Notes under the pieces: generated by a model | Databases searched by the model: none | Told to the model about the DNA's origin: nothing | What the model saw: the letters and a program-made list of their open reading frames with translations, nothing else | Assembly (NCBI GenBank): GCA_020636105.1 | Contig: JACJYL010000002.1 | Span: forward strand, 496,001 to 560,000 | DNA: 64,000 nucleotides | Source: Lewinellaceae bacterium | GTDB taxonomy: Bacteria > Bacteroidota > Bacteroidia > Chitinophagales > Saprospiraceae | Reading direction: 5' to 3' | Shown here: positions 1 through 7,467 of the stretch, one piece after another | How the letters are laid out: the number at the start of each line of letters is the position of its first letter | Position numbering within the stretch: position 1 is the first letter of the stretch | Translations under genes and position numbers: made by a program

Positions 1-508
1 GCGCTGCAATAATTCTTTCCGCTGAATCCGTCTGAATCCTGCTCTTCGGAAATATGGCATCCGTGGCACCAATGAAAGCCGTCCGGTAAAACGCCCAGAT
101 CCTGGGAGGCACATCAGTCGGCGCATGAAATACAAAAAACAGATCCAGCATTTTGTGGCGGAAGTCGATCAGGAGCCTCTTAAGGTAAATATCACTGTCC
201 ACGTTGCTGGTCAGATAACCCCGGCAGTCATCAAAAACAATAATCCCGTCCCTGAAATATTTGTGAATGTATTTCATGGTATCCTTCTCCTGGCGCATAT
301 AGTACACCTGTTTGATGCCCTTTTTGAATTTCCAGCTTTCTTTTTTGGTAATATCAATTTCCTCATACTGCCGCCAGATGGCGGGAGCGCCATTTAGGGT
401 AATTACAATGACCCTTTCCTTCATCGCTTTGATGATGGTATGCGCCAAATAACTTTTGCCGGTCCCGTTGCGCCCCATGACCATGGTCACCTGTGCGTCT
501 CTGTGCAT
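1..508 (-). CDS. P-loop NTPase, possible A32/FtsK-HerA-like genome-packaging ATPase (N-terminal part; C-terminus beyond window edge)
   Basis: Absent from the ORF track because it runs off the window. Reverse-strand ATG at 508 gives MHRDAQVTMVMGRNGTGKSYLAH (Walker A GRNGTGKS), followed by IIVFDDC (Walker B-like) and FRHKMLDLFFVFH..VPPRI. A 3-nt gap separates it from the upstream gene. Confidence 0.6.
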   Translation of the reverse strand, partial: MHRDAQVTMVMGRNGTGKSYLAHTIIKAMKERVIVITLNGAPAIWRQYEEIDITKKESWKFKKGIKQVYYMRQEKDTMKYIHKYFRDGIIVFDDCRGYLTSNVDSDIYLKRLLIDFRHKMLDLFFVFHAPTDVPPRIWAFYRTAFIGATDAIFPKSRIQTDSAERIIAA

Positions 509-511
509 TGA

Positions 512-1105
512 TTATGATTTTATCGGTTGTACAGTCTGTTTTTTGGCTTCCACTTCCTTGCGGTCCTTCATGGCCTTATTCATCATCGGGGCATAACCAA
601 TCACCATGGCAGAAATAAACATCCATTCCAAGCTGAGGCGCATTTGATACTTTTTGACCAGGGCAGCCCCAAGCTCCACCTCATAATCATTCCCCTGGAT
701 CTTCTCTTTCCGGCGCCGGTATCGGTCGCTATCCATGCCGGAGATCATTCCAAAAGAAAAAGCAAATACTTTATCTATCTGGATCAACAGAAACTCCGCC
801 GTGAATTTGTGTTCTTCGGTATAATCCAAATGGTCCGCCATTTGCTCGTCGGATTCTCCCGGGAGATCATCGTCCGGGTTATCTGGATCCATTTCGTCCT
901 GATCATCCGATTCAAAGGCCGGAGGCGGGTCGATCTTCTCCCTGGGAGCTTTCATTTCTTTTATAAATGAATCTACGTCACCCGTTGCCTGTTTGGCCGT
1001 AAAAAAATCATCGGCATTGGTGGCGGTTTGTTCCTCGATAACTTCCGCTGGTTTGATTTCCTCAACCGGTTGGGTCGGGTTTTCTTTTTCTGCTTGTTTG
1101 GCCAT
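512..1105 (-). CDS. Hypothetical acidic protein with C-terminal hydrophobic segment
   Basis: 197-aa ORF with a D/E/P-rich N-terminal half and a WMFISAMVIGYAPMM segment. Tightly packed in the minus-strand operon 1671->1. Confidence 0.6.
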   Translation of the reverse strand: MAKQAEKENPTQPVEEIKPAEVIEEQTATNADDFFTAKQATGDVDSFIKEMKAPREKIDPPPAFESDDQDEMDPDNPDDDLPGESDEQMADHLDYTEEHKFTAEFLLIQIDKVFAFSFGMISGMDSDRYRRRKEKIQGNDYEVELGAALVKKYQMRLSLEWMFISAMVIGYAPMMNKAMKDRKEVEAKKQTVQPIKS

Positions 1106-1106
1106 T

Positions 1107-1427
1107 TTATTTTGCGTTTAAAAGTTCACTTAGGGGAAAAGAAGAAAAGGGGGCACTCATGGTCATGGTCCCGTTTTCGTCCCGTTTAAGGGCATGCACG
1201 GATAAATTCAACTGTCCGTTAATAGCCACCACGCTATAAGCGATTTTATCCCAACCTTCCGGTAGTTTGCCGCCTTCGCTTTCCGGCCTTTCCATACCTT
1301 CCAATTTTTCGACAAATTGTTTTTCCAGTCCGGGAAGCATATTGGCGGCCATGCCCACCATTGCCGATTGAGGATTAAAATGTTCTTTAAAGCCCTTGAG
1401 CTTGTCCAATAGATTTTTGTCCGCCAT
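1107..1427 (-). CDS. Hypothetical protein
   Basis: 106-aa ORF with a 1-nt gap to the downstream gene. Overlaps the upstream ORF by 41 nt. Confidence 0.5.
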   Translation of the reverse strand: MADKNLLDKLKGFKEHFNPQSAMVGMAANMLPGLEKQFVEKLEGMERPESEGGKLPEGWDKIAYSVVAINGQLNLSVHALKRDENGTMTMSAPFSSFPLSELLNAK

Positions 1428-1671
1428 TGATCTTGTATTTAGTTACGAAAATATTTTTTTGCCCCATCCGGTGAGGCTCCAGGGAAATAATTTTGTTTTC
1501 GAGTAGTTTGATGATCGAAGCCCGGACCCGCCTTTCCAGGTTGTATTGTTCCCGCCTGGTTTCATAGATGTGAATGAGCAGAGCCAGCTCCCTTACTGAT
1601 AGTGCTTTGTTGGCCGTTTGCAGCTTTTTTTTGATTAAATAGCTTAAGTAGGTTCCGTACAATTCCATCAA
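1387..1671 (-). CDS. Small putative DNA-binding (winged-helix-like) protein, first gene of the leftward operon
   Basis: 94-aa basic ORF (LSVRELALLIHIYETRREQYNLERRVRASIIKLLENKII) that starts next to the palindromic divergent control region. Confidence 0.45.
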   Translation of the reverse strand: MMELYGTYLSYLIKKKLQTANKALSVRELALLIHIYETRREQYNLERRVRASIIKLLENKIISLEPHRMGQKNIFVTKYKINGGQKSIGQAQGL

Positions 1672-1676
1672 AATAG

Positions 1677-1696
1677 TTATATTTGTACAAATATAA
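1677..1696. promoter_or_regulatory. Perfect 20-bp palindrome TTATATTTGTACAAATATAA in the 45-bp divergent intergenic region
   Basis: Read directly from the sequence. Each half contains TATATTTG, which matches the Bacteroidota -7 box TAnnTTTG, once on each strand. Confidence 0.65.
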
Positions 1697-1716
1697 ACAA
1701 ATTAGTTGTAATAATC

Positions 1717-1995
1717 ATGGGTTTAAACATTTCGAATAAAGTAGTATCACCCACTGGCAAAAGAATAGACTGCCGGGTAAAAGTCTCCGGTTTATTCGTC
1801 GAACCGTATGAAATCGATTTGAGGATTCTCAGCCGTGAGGTAATAAATGAAAACCAGATTGAGGATCTGATCGACCAGGTGATCGATCGAAAAAAGAATT
1901 GGAAACAAGGCAAGAAAAATCTGTCATTGAATCTAAATGGAATCAATGCCAATGCTTATATAACCAAAATCAAAAGCGATGCAGATAACAGCTAA
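1717..1995 (+). CDS. Hypothetical protein (rightward early gene)
   Basis: 92-aa ORF that starts 21 nt after the palindrome. Confidence 0.5.
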   Translation: MGLNISNKVVSPTGKRIDCRVKVSGLFVEPYEIDLRILSREVINENQIEDLIDQVIDRKKNWKQGKKNLSLNLNGINANAYITKIKSDADNS

Positions 1996-2389
1996 AGACA
2001 CGGCCGATTTTTACAACAGCCTGTTTTTTGATGAAGAAAAGAACCTGGTGGAGCCCCATGTTTCCCTTTTCATCAAAAGCGGGGAAAATCAACTGGTTAT
2101 CCCAGACATAAAAATTACTGCCAAAAAAGAATTTCACCAGATCATTCTTGATTTCCACAACCGACTGTTAAAAAATGGGCCATTGGTATTGGAAGAGGCT
2201 GCAGAGCCTCCGAAGTCGGAAACGCCCCTGATCGACTTCAAAAGGGTGGAATACCGCGACAACGCCTATTTTGTGGAACAGCTCGATCTGGAGACGTTCA
2301 GGATCCTCAATGAAGAAAGGACTAAAGAGATCAGTTTGAAGAGTCCAACGGCAAAGGCCATCATCAAAAGATTTAAAGAAGCATTTTAA
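1979..2389 (+). CDS. Hypothetical protein
   Basis: 136-aa ORF that overlaps the previous gene by 17 nt and is followed by a strong terminator. Confidence 0.55.
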   Translation: MQITAKDTADFYNSLFFDEEKNLVEPHVSLFIKSGENQLVIPDIKITAKKEFHQIILDFHNRLLKNGPLVLEEAAEPPKSETPLIDFKRVEYRDNAYFVEQLDLETFRILNEERTKEISLKSPTAKAIIKRFKEAF

Positions 2390-2407
2390 AAAGGTTGATT
2401 GATTTAC

Positions 2408-2447
2408 AAGGCCCTCACCGCCCGGTGATGGGCCTTTTTTCGTTTTT
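2408..2447 (+). terminator. Rho-independent terminator
   Basis: Hairpin AAGGCCCTCACCG-CC-CGGTGATGGGCCTT followed by TTTTCGTTTTT. Confidence 0.7.
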
Positions 2448-2558
2448 ATACCCATCATTCGCCCCGTGTCGGTTTATCGCCTTCTATCGCTTTGCCCGAG
2501 GATGTAATTTAACATTGTGTTTTATTACGCAAACGATTTTTCATAAAATACAATTCGT

Positions 2559-3149
2559 ATGTACAATCAAAGAGTTGCAAGGCGAGTAAATAAAGTTCCT
2601 GCAAATATTCAAATGATCAACAGCCCGACGGTCGTACCCGTCTCTAAGGAGGTTGGTCCTTCCGTACCTGCCGATCCTTATATCTCCCTGACGGTAGATA
2701 CTACCGATGCCGGTATTTTGGCCCCTGTGACTGTTGTTTTGTTTGATGCCTCAATGGGCTATCAACTGGCCAATAGTTTTGCCATGAACCCACTCATCAA
2801 GATCGTAGGGAATACCGCGGTTTATCAGTTCATCCTGAACGACCTTGGATCAAGCAACGGAAGTTACTTCGACACCATCCAGCAAAGGATTGATGATGAA
2901 AACGTGGCCATGACCCAATTCGGTCACCCAATCGAGATCCACGAATCCACCAAGGGCAGTCGTCCGAGGTTGCTTCAAACCATCCATCCGGGAATGGGTA
3001 TCCACGAAGGGCAGTATCAGAAGGGTATCAATACCTTTTCTTTCCCTTTCACCGTAGGCAACAGGACCGCATTTGTATATGTCCAGGAACCTGGTATCAA
3101 GATCACCTGGGGATTCTACCAAAAGGCAGAACTGGGACGTATCAAGTAA
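2559..3149 (+). CDS. Hypothetical beta-rich protein, candidate virion structural (capsid-like) protein
   Basis: 196-aa ORF and first gene after the terminator. It has no TM segment and a composition typical of beta-sandwich proteins. The function is inference only. Confidence 0.55.
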   Translation: MYNQRVARRVNKVPANIQMINSPTVVPVSKEVGPSVPADPYISLTVDTTDAGILAPVTVVLFDASMGYQLANSFAMNPLIKIVGNTAVYQFILNDLGSSNGSYFDTIQQRIDDENVAMTQFGHPIEIHESTKGSRPRLLQTIHPGMGIHEGQYQKGINTFSFPFTVGNRTAFVYVQEPGIKITWGFYQKAELGRIK

Positions 3150-3179
3150 TCCGATTGCATAAATCGAAAAAAAAGCGAT

Positions 3180-3491
3180 ATGCTTTTACAAAATAATCCA
3201 ACCTACTCAGGGTATTACAACCCGTGGGAAGGTCAAGGCGATACAATTGACACAGGTGGCGGATTTTCTTCCCCTGCGGATGCTCCTTCCGGTTTTTGGG
3301 ACTGGTGGGGGGACCATGGAGATGAAGCAACAGATTTCGGCAAAAGTATTTTATGTATGATAAAACCGGAAACTTGCCGTCAAAATAGCGGCTATCCGCC
3401 ATCTGGTCAACCAGCGCAAAACAATACCATTATGTATGTCTTGCTGGGGATTGTAGTCGTTTTGTTGATTGTTTTCATGTTCAAAAAGTAA
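3180..3491 (+). CDS. Small membrane protein (C-terminal TM anchor)
   Basis: 103 aa; G/W/D-rich N-terminus; C-terminal IMYVLLGIVVVLLIVFMF. Confidence 0.6.
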   Translation: MLLQNNPTYSGYYNPWEGQGDTIDTGGGFSSPADAPSGFWDWWGDHGDEATDFGKSILCMIKPETCRQNSGYPPSGQPAQNNTIMYVLLGIVVVLLIVFMFKK

Positions 3492-3495
3492 TAGA

Positions 3496-3762
3496 ATGAA
3501 CAATAATCTTTCTGTAAAAAACTCAGCGATCAGGCAGTTAAATGCCAATAAAGGATATGCAGCCACCTCAGAGGTTCCTGGTAAGGAAACCGTTGAAGCC
3601 ATTGCAGCCGGATCACAAATCGAAAACAATCAGGGCTGGGACTGGAAGAAATTTGTCAACGGCACCACGGAGAAACGCACCTATTGGATTGCGGCAGGGA
3701 TTTCCCTGGCATTGATCGTGTTGTTTATCCTGGCCGTCAAATACCGTTTTATCAAACTTTAA
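3496..3762 (+). CDS. Small membrane protein (C-terminal TM anchor)
   Basis: In-frame ATG at 3496 (MNNNLSVKN...) within track ORF 3469-3762. TM segment YWIAAGISLALIVLFILAV. Confidence 0.55.
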   Translation: MNNNLSVKNSAIRQLNANKGYAATSEVPGKETVEAIAAGSQIENNQGWDWKKFVNGTTEKRTYWIAAGISLALIVLFILAVKYRFIKL

Positions 3763-3766
3763 GGGC

Positions 3767-3874
3767 ATGAGAATAACGCTAAACTGGTATATCATTGGCA
3801 TTATTGCCATTATTCTAATAATCTTCATCCGGGCCTTTGATGTAGATCAGCTACTCGGTAGGGATTCGGATTAA
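3767..3874 (+). CDS. 35-aa single-pass membrane peptide (sORF below track cutoff)
   Basis: Hand translation: MRITLNWYIIGIIAIILIIFIRAFDVDQLLGRDSD. Starts 4 nt after the previous stop. Confidence 0.4.
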   Translation: MRITLNWYIIGIIAIILIIFIRAFDVDQLLGRDSD

Positions 3875-3887
3875 AAAAATTTATACA

Positions 3888-4010
3888 ATGAAAAATTTGC
3901 ATTGGGCAGTACAGTTCATCCTTTTGTTTGCAGTCATTACAGCGGCCTTTTACGCTGGTGATGTCCTTCTCGAAAAGAGATATGCCAAAAACCTGCCGGC
4001 AGGGGAATAA
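3888..4010 (+). CDS. 40-aa single-pass membrane peptide (sORF)
   Basis: Hand translation: MKNLHWAVQFILLFAVITAAFYAGDVLLEKRYAKNLPAGE. Confidence 0.4.
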   Translation: MKNLHWAVQFILLFAVITAAFYAGDVLLEKRYAKNLPAGE

Positions 4011-4035
4011 CATTCATTCAAAAAAAGAATAGATC

Positions 4036-4182
4036 ATGTTGGAAGACTTATTCACCATCGAAAACGGCAAGGTAAAATTCACCGTAAATGTGGCCTTCGA
4101 TCCGGTCAGTGCCTTATGGCTCGCAGGTGCCATTTTTGTCGGTCTGGTGCTGGCTCTTTTGATTTATTCCAAAATTCGCTAA
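4036..4182 (+). CDS. 48-aa membrane peptide (sORF)
   Basis: Hand translation: MLEDLFTIENGKVKFTVNVAFDPVSALWLAGAIFVGLVLALLIYSKIR. The stop lies 3 nt before the next ATG. Confidence 0.4.
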   Translation: MLEDLFTIENGKVKFTVNVAFDPVSALWLAGAIFVGLVLALLIYSKIR

Positions 4183-4185
4183 ACG

Positions 4186-4563
4186 ATGAAAAGCATTTTT
4201 GTCGGTGGAATAGGTGTTTTAGGGCTTGGTTTACTGCTTTGGTATTTTTTGAAACCTCAGAAAGAAGGCAGCGACGACGCCGGAAATACCTGCATTAAAG
4301 TGAACCGCGAAAAGTTCAAGGTCAGGTGGATGGAAGACAACATTCCGGGCGGAATAATCGGGAATATTGCAAAAAGTATCTTCGGTTCTTCCGATCCAAA
4401 ATTTGGCAATATAGTCAGCGGATTTTTTAAGTCTATCGATGTATATCCGTCGGAAGGAGCTGGAAAGTATTACAAAAACCAGATCACAGCCTATTACAAT
4501 AGCCCTAACGGACTTCCCAGGTGGGAGGTGGTACAGGGGGAGCTGGCTTGTGATTCATTTTAA
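4186..4563 (+). CDS. Small protein with N-terminal TM/signal anchor
   Basis: 125 aa; MKSIFVGGIGVLGLGLLLWYFL. Confidence 0.6.
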   Translation: MKSIFVGGIGVLGLGLLLWYFLKPQKEGSDDAGNTCIKVNREKFKVRWMEDNIPGGIIGNIAKSIFGSSDPKFGNIVSGFFKSIDVYPSEGAGKYYKNQITAYYNSPNGLPRWEVVQGELACDSF

Positions 4564-4575
4564 AAAATTATCATT

Positions 4576-5001
4576 ATGGCAATCGAAAAATTTGGTTCCG
4601 GTGCTTATCAGGATTATTTCAAAATCAAAGGAAGCGGAACAACGCAGTCCATTGCCGCATTCGTCCAGGACATCGACGATGGCGGAACCGATGCGATTGA
4701 AGAAATTTACCAGGGAGCTAACCAGGGCATGGTCCTGACTTCCGGTGGAAATGTAGTGTCAATCACCGAATTCGTAAAATATGCGGAACTCGGCGGAACG
4801 GATACCATAACGGGCCAACTAATCGGTGCCGGGTCAAATGTAATTGTGGACGGAGGAGTGATGAAGAACCTGGTAGAAAAACAATCCGGCAATATCCAGG
4901 TACTCGAAGAAGGTCCTGAGATCAGCCTTTTAGAAACAGATGAACCCAGCGGCGACCTATCAGGAGGCGAGGATCCAGAAGCCAGCGATGAGCCGGAGTA
5001 G
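4576..5001 (+). CDS. Hypothetical protein with acidic C-terminal tail
   Basis: 141 aa; G/T-rich; ends DEPSGDLSGGEDPEASDEPE. Confidence 0.6.
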   Translation: MAIEKFGSGAYQDYFKIKGSGTTQSIAAFVQDIDDGGTDAIEEIYQGANQGMVLTSGGNVVSITEFVKYAELGGTDTITGQLIGAGSNVIVDGGVMKNLVEKQSGNIQVLEEGPEISLLETDEPSGDLSGGEDPEASDEPE

Positions 5002-5004
5002 TTG

Positions 5005-5038
5005 AGGGGCCAAGATGCCCCTTAATTGATTTTTTTTC
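5005..5038 (+). terminator. Possible rho-independent terminator
   Basis: Hairpin AGGGGC-CAAGAT-GCCCCT followed by TAATTGATTTTTTTT. Confidence 0.45.
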
Positions 5039-5059
5039 AAAAGTAAAATTTAAACTGTC

Positions 5060-5209
5060 ATGAGTTTATCAAATTTGACAAGTAATAAAGTGGTCCAGGT
5101 GCTTTTTGTTATCGCTGCAGTATTAAGCATAATTGTGGCAGTAAAAACCCTGAGTAAAAAGAAATGCAGTTGCAATGATGACCAAGACCTAACTCCAATT
5201 GAAACTTAA
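5060..5209 (+). CDS. 49-aa single-pass membrane protein, holin-like by position (sORF)
   Basis: Hand translation: MSLSNLTSNKVVQVLFVIAAVLSIIVAVKTLSKKKCSCNDDQDLTPIET. Overlaps the amidase start by 11 nt. Confidence 0.45.
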   Translation: MSLSNLTSNKVVQVLFVIAAVLSIIVAVKTLSKKKCSCNDDQDLTPIET

Positions 5210-5774
5210 TCCGAAAATATTATTCTTTGTCCTGGTCATTGTCTTACTGTCGGTCGTGGTGTACTACAACCTTGGAATTGGTATCAAAAATATCACCAAA
5301 TTCCTGCCAAAACACCCGACAAAACAATTTGACAAAAGGAGTTTAACTGTGATAACGGAGGCCGTGGTTCATCACACGGGCACAGATAGCAAAAGTACAA
5401 CGATTGAAAGCATTGCAAAATATCACGTTGAACCCGGCAATCATATTTGTGACGATGGATGCCCCGGAATTTCTTATCATTTTATGATAAAACCAAACGG
5501 GACCATTTACCAGGTAAACGAATTGGAAACGGTAAGTTATCAGTGTGGCGGTTGTAATTACAATACTATCGGCATTTGCCTGATTGGCAACTTTAACGAA
5601 GAGGTGCCGACTGAAAAGGCCCTGAAAGCAGTGGCCAAAACAATAAAATACGTAAACAGGAGATTAGGCCGGAGTTTGGCCATTTCCGCCCATTACGATC
5701 ATAAAAGTACATCATGTCCGGGCGACAACACCAACATGGACAAAATCATTGAAATGGTGTATCCTATGGCATGA
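5199..5774 (+). CDS. N-acetylmuramoyl-L-alanine amidase (Amidase_2/PGRP fold) with N-terminal TM anchor; endolysin candidate
   Basis: Motifs AVVHHTG, ISYHFMI..NGTIYQ and HYDHKSTSCPG (zinc-ligand pattern). N-terminal ILFFVLVIVLLSVVVYY. TTG start. Confidence 0.85.
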   Translation: MKLNPKILFFVLVIVLLSVVVYYNLGIGIKNITKFLPKHPTKQFDKRSLTVITEAVVHHTGTDSKSTTIESIAKYHVEPGNHICDDGCPGISYHFMIKPNGTIYQVNELETVSYQCGGCNYNTIGICLIGNFNEEVPTEKALKAVAKTIKYVNRRLGRSLAISAHYDHKSTSCPGDNTNMDKIIEMVYPMA

Positions 5775-5792
5775 CCAAAAAAGTATGGAATC

Positions 5793-6362
5793 ATGCAAAA
5801 TATAGAAGTTTGGGTTATCAATGATGTATCAGTCCTTCAAGGTAACAGTAGTTGCCAAAATCCTACCTATTCATCAATATGTAATAAAATTACATCTGCT
5901 TATCAATCAGCTCAAACAAATGTAAATTTAGTTGATGCCTTTGCCCTGCCTGGCAGAAGCCAGGAAATAAGTCCAGTCGTAGAATATTTCAAATTAAAAC
6001 ATTTTCCCGCCCTTGTATTTTATGATCCAGATGGTGGATTGGGCTTTTACGCTATTGACGGCAATAAGATTACTGAAAAAAGGATAAAAAAAGCCTTTGA
6101 AATGGCTGAAAATTACACCTGGGATAACGCAACTGGAGGGTATATCAATGCTGATGGTGACAATGCAAACATAACGGATGATATGGAAACAAAAATAGGC
6201 GGATTAATGGGAGGAGATTGGGGTCTTCCCCTCGGTGGAATGTGGGGCGATTGTAAATCATATCTACCTGATTCCATGGACAAGGTTTGCGACATTCCTG
6301 TATGGCTTTATGCCTTGATCCTTTTATTGATCCTTATTTTATTAATCAAAATTGTGAGCTGA
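5793..6362 (+). CDS. Hypothetical protein with C-terminal TM anchor
   Basis: 189 aa; C-terminal IPVWLYALILLLILILLIKIV. Same reading frame as the amidase, from which it is separated by TGA plus 6 codons. Confidence 0.6.
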   Translation: MQNIEVWVINDVSVLQGNSSCQNPTYSSICNKITSAYQSAQTNVNLVDAFALPGRSQEISPVVEYFKLKHFPALVFYDPDGGLGFYAIDGNKITEKRIKKAFEMAENYTWDNATGGYINADGDNANITDDMETKIGGLMGGDWGLPLGGMWGDCKSYLPDSMDKVCDIPVWLYALILLLILILLIKIVS

Positions 6363-6724
6363 TGGGATTTTGTTTAGGCGGAAAATGGTGCAGAACACAG
6401 GACTGCAAAGAACGTTGCAAAGGATGGTTTGGAGCTCAACCCGACATTGAAAGGTCATGTAAAAATGCCTGCAAGGCAAATTCTGGCTTAACCAAAGATG
6501 ATTTTTTGTGCTCGGGTAACTGGATAGATCAGCAGATCATTTTTGCGGCTTATGGATACGATCCATGCACTGGAGACAATACTACGATTGAAGATTATTT
6601 CGATCCGCTGGATGACCGGGCAAGGGAAGACGCAAAACCTGAAAAATACAAAGATTTAATCATCATAGTAGCTGCCATCTTACTATTGGCATTGGCCGCT
6701 TTGATTTATATAAAAATGAAGTAA
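6362..6724 (+). CDS. Cys-rich protein with C-terminal TM anchor
   Basis: ATG at 6362 overlaps the previous stop (TGATG). Sequence MGFCLGGKWCRTQDCKERCKGW..., C-terminal LIIIVAAILLLALAALIYI. Confidence 0.55.
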   Translation: MGFCLGGKWCRTQDCKERCKGWFGAQPDIERSCKNACKANSGLTKDDFLCSGNWIDQQIIFAAYGYDPCTGDNTTIEDYFDPLDDRAREDAKPEKYKDLIIIVAAILLLALAALIYIKMK

Positions 6725-6940
6725 ATGGAACCCGTTAGCGCGATAGCAAATGCAGTATCTGATATTTTCGGAGGAGTCGTGGCCCTCATTGAAGGAAGGC
6801 GGGAATCTAAATTTGGGAGGCTCCCGGACTGGCTCAGTCCCCGGGACTTCCAGCGCAATGACTACACCGTTGATATCATTATCGGCGCCATGCTTTTGGT
6901 GTTGATTATTGTGATCATCGGCATAACGAGAGCAAAATAA
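6725..6940 (+). CDS. Small membrane protein
   Basis: 71 aa; ATG immediately follows the TAA of the previous gene; TM segment IIIGAMLLVLIIVIIGI. Confidence 0.55.
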   Translation: MEPVSAIANAVSDIFGGVVALIEGRRESKFGRLPDWLSPRDFQRNDYTVDIIIGAMLLVLIIVIIGITRAK

Positions 6941-6952
6941 ACGATAGAGGCG

Positions 6953-7180
6953 ATGTTGAAGAATTATTTCGCAGAAAGGGCCACATTATTAGGATACAGT
7001 GGCTCGGCAACTTATTGGATCATGGAGCATTTTGAAACTGCAGCCGGAATTGTGCTTTCCGTGGCGATGATCGTTGCCTCGATCGTGCTACACGGAATAA
7101 AAATCAGGACGGCATTGAACCGTGAAAAACGTGAACAGGAAATACACGAATTGAAAATTAAAAAGGAACGAAATGGCTGA
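6953..7180 (+). CDS. Small membrane protein
   Basis: 75 aa; TM segment AAGIVLSVAMIVASIVLHGI. Confidence 0.55.
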   Translation: MLKNYFAERATLLGYSGSATYWIMEHFETAAGIVLSVAMIVASIVLHGIKIRTALNREKREQEIHELKIKKERNG

Positions 7181-7460
7181 TTTAAGCGGCATCACAGATT
7201 TGAACTTTATTGGCCTCATGCGCGGAGCTTATAAAGATCCTGTTTTTGGTCTGGAAGGAGTGGACGAGCTGGCCACTCTCGTGGAGATTCTTGAATGGCT
7301 TGGCAATAACGTCGGAGGCGGAGGCGGAGGCAGTGCAGGACCCTATGATGTTTATGACGATGATGCGGCGGCCGCATCCGGAGGGGTGCCCATCGGCGGT
7401 ATTTATGTCCGATCGGCAGCAAGCGGTTTTAGCGGATTATTGGCTCAAAGATTAATTTAA
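7173..7460 (+). CDS. Gly/Ala-rich hypothetical protein
   Basis: 95 aa; overlaps the previous gene by 8 nt (ATGGCTGA); contains a GGGGGSAG tract. Confidence 0.5.
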   Translation: MADLSGITDLNFIGLMRGAYKDPVFGLEGVDELATLVEILEWLGNNVGGGGGGSAGPYDVYDDDAAAASGGVPIGGIYVRSAASGFSGLLAQRLI

Positions 7461-7467
7461 ATTCAAC

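Noticed and set aside
125-970. Plus-strand ORFs 125-397 and 527-970
   Set aside because: They are antisense to the Walker-A ATPase and the acidic protein of the tightly packed leftward operon. They have no motifs and an odd composition.
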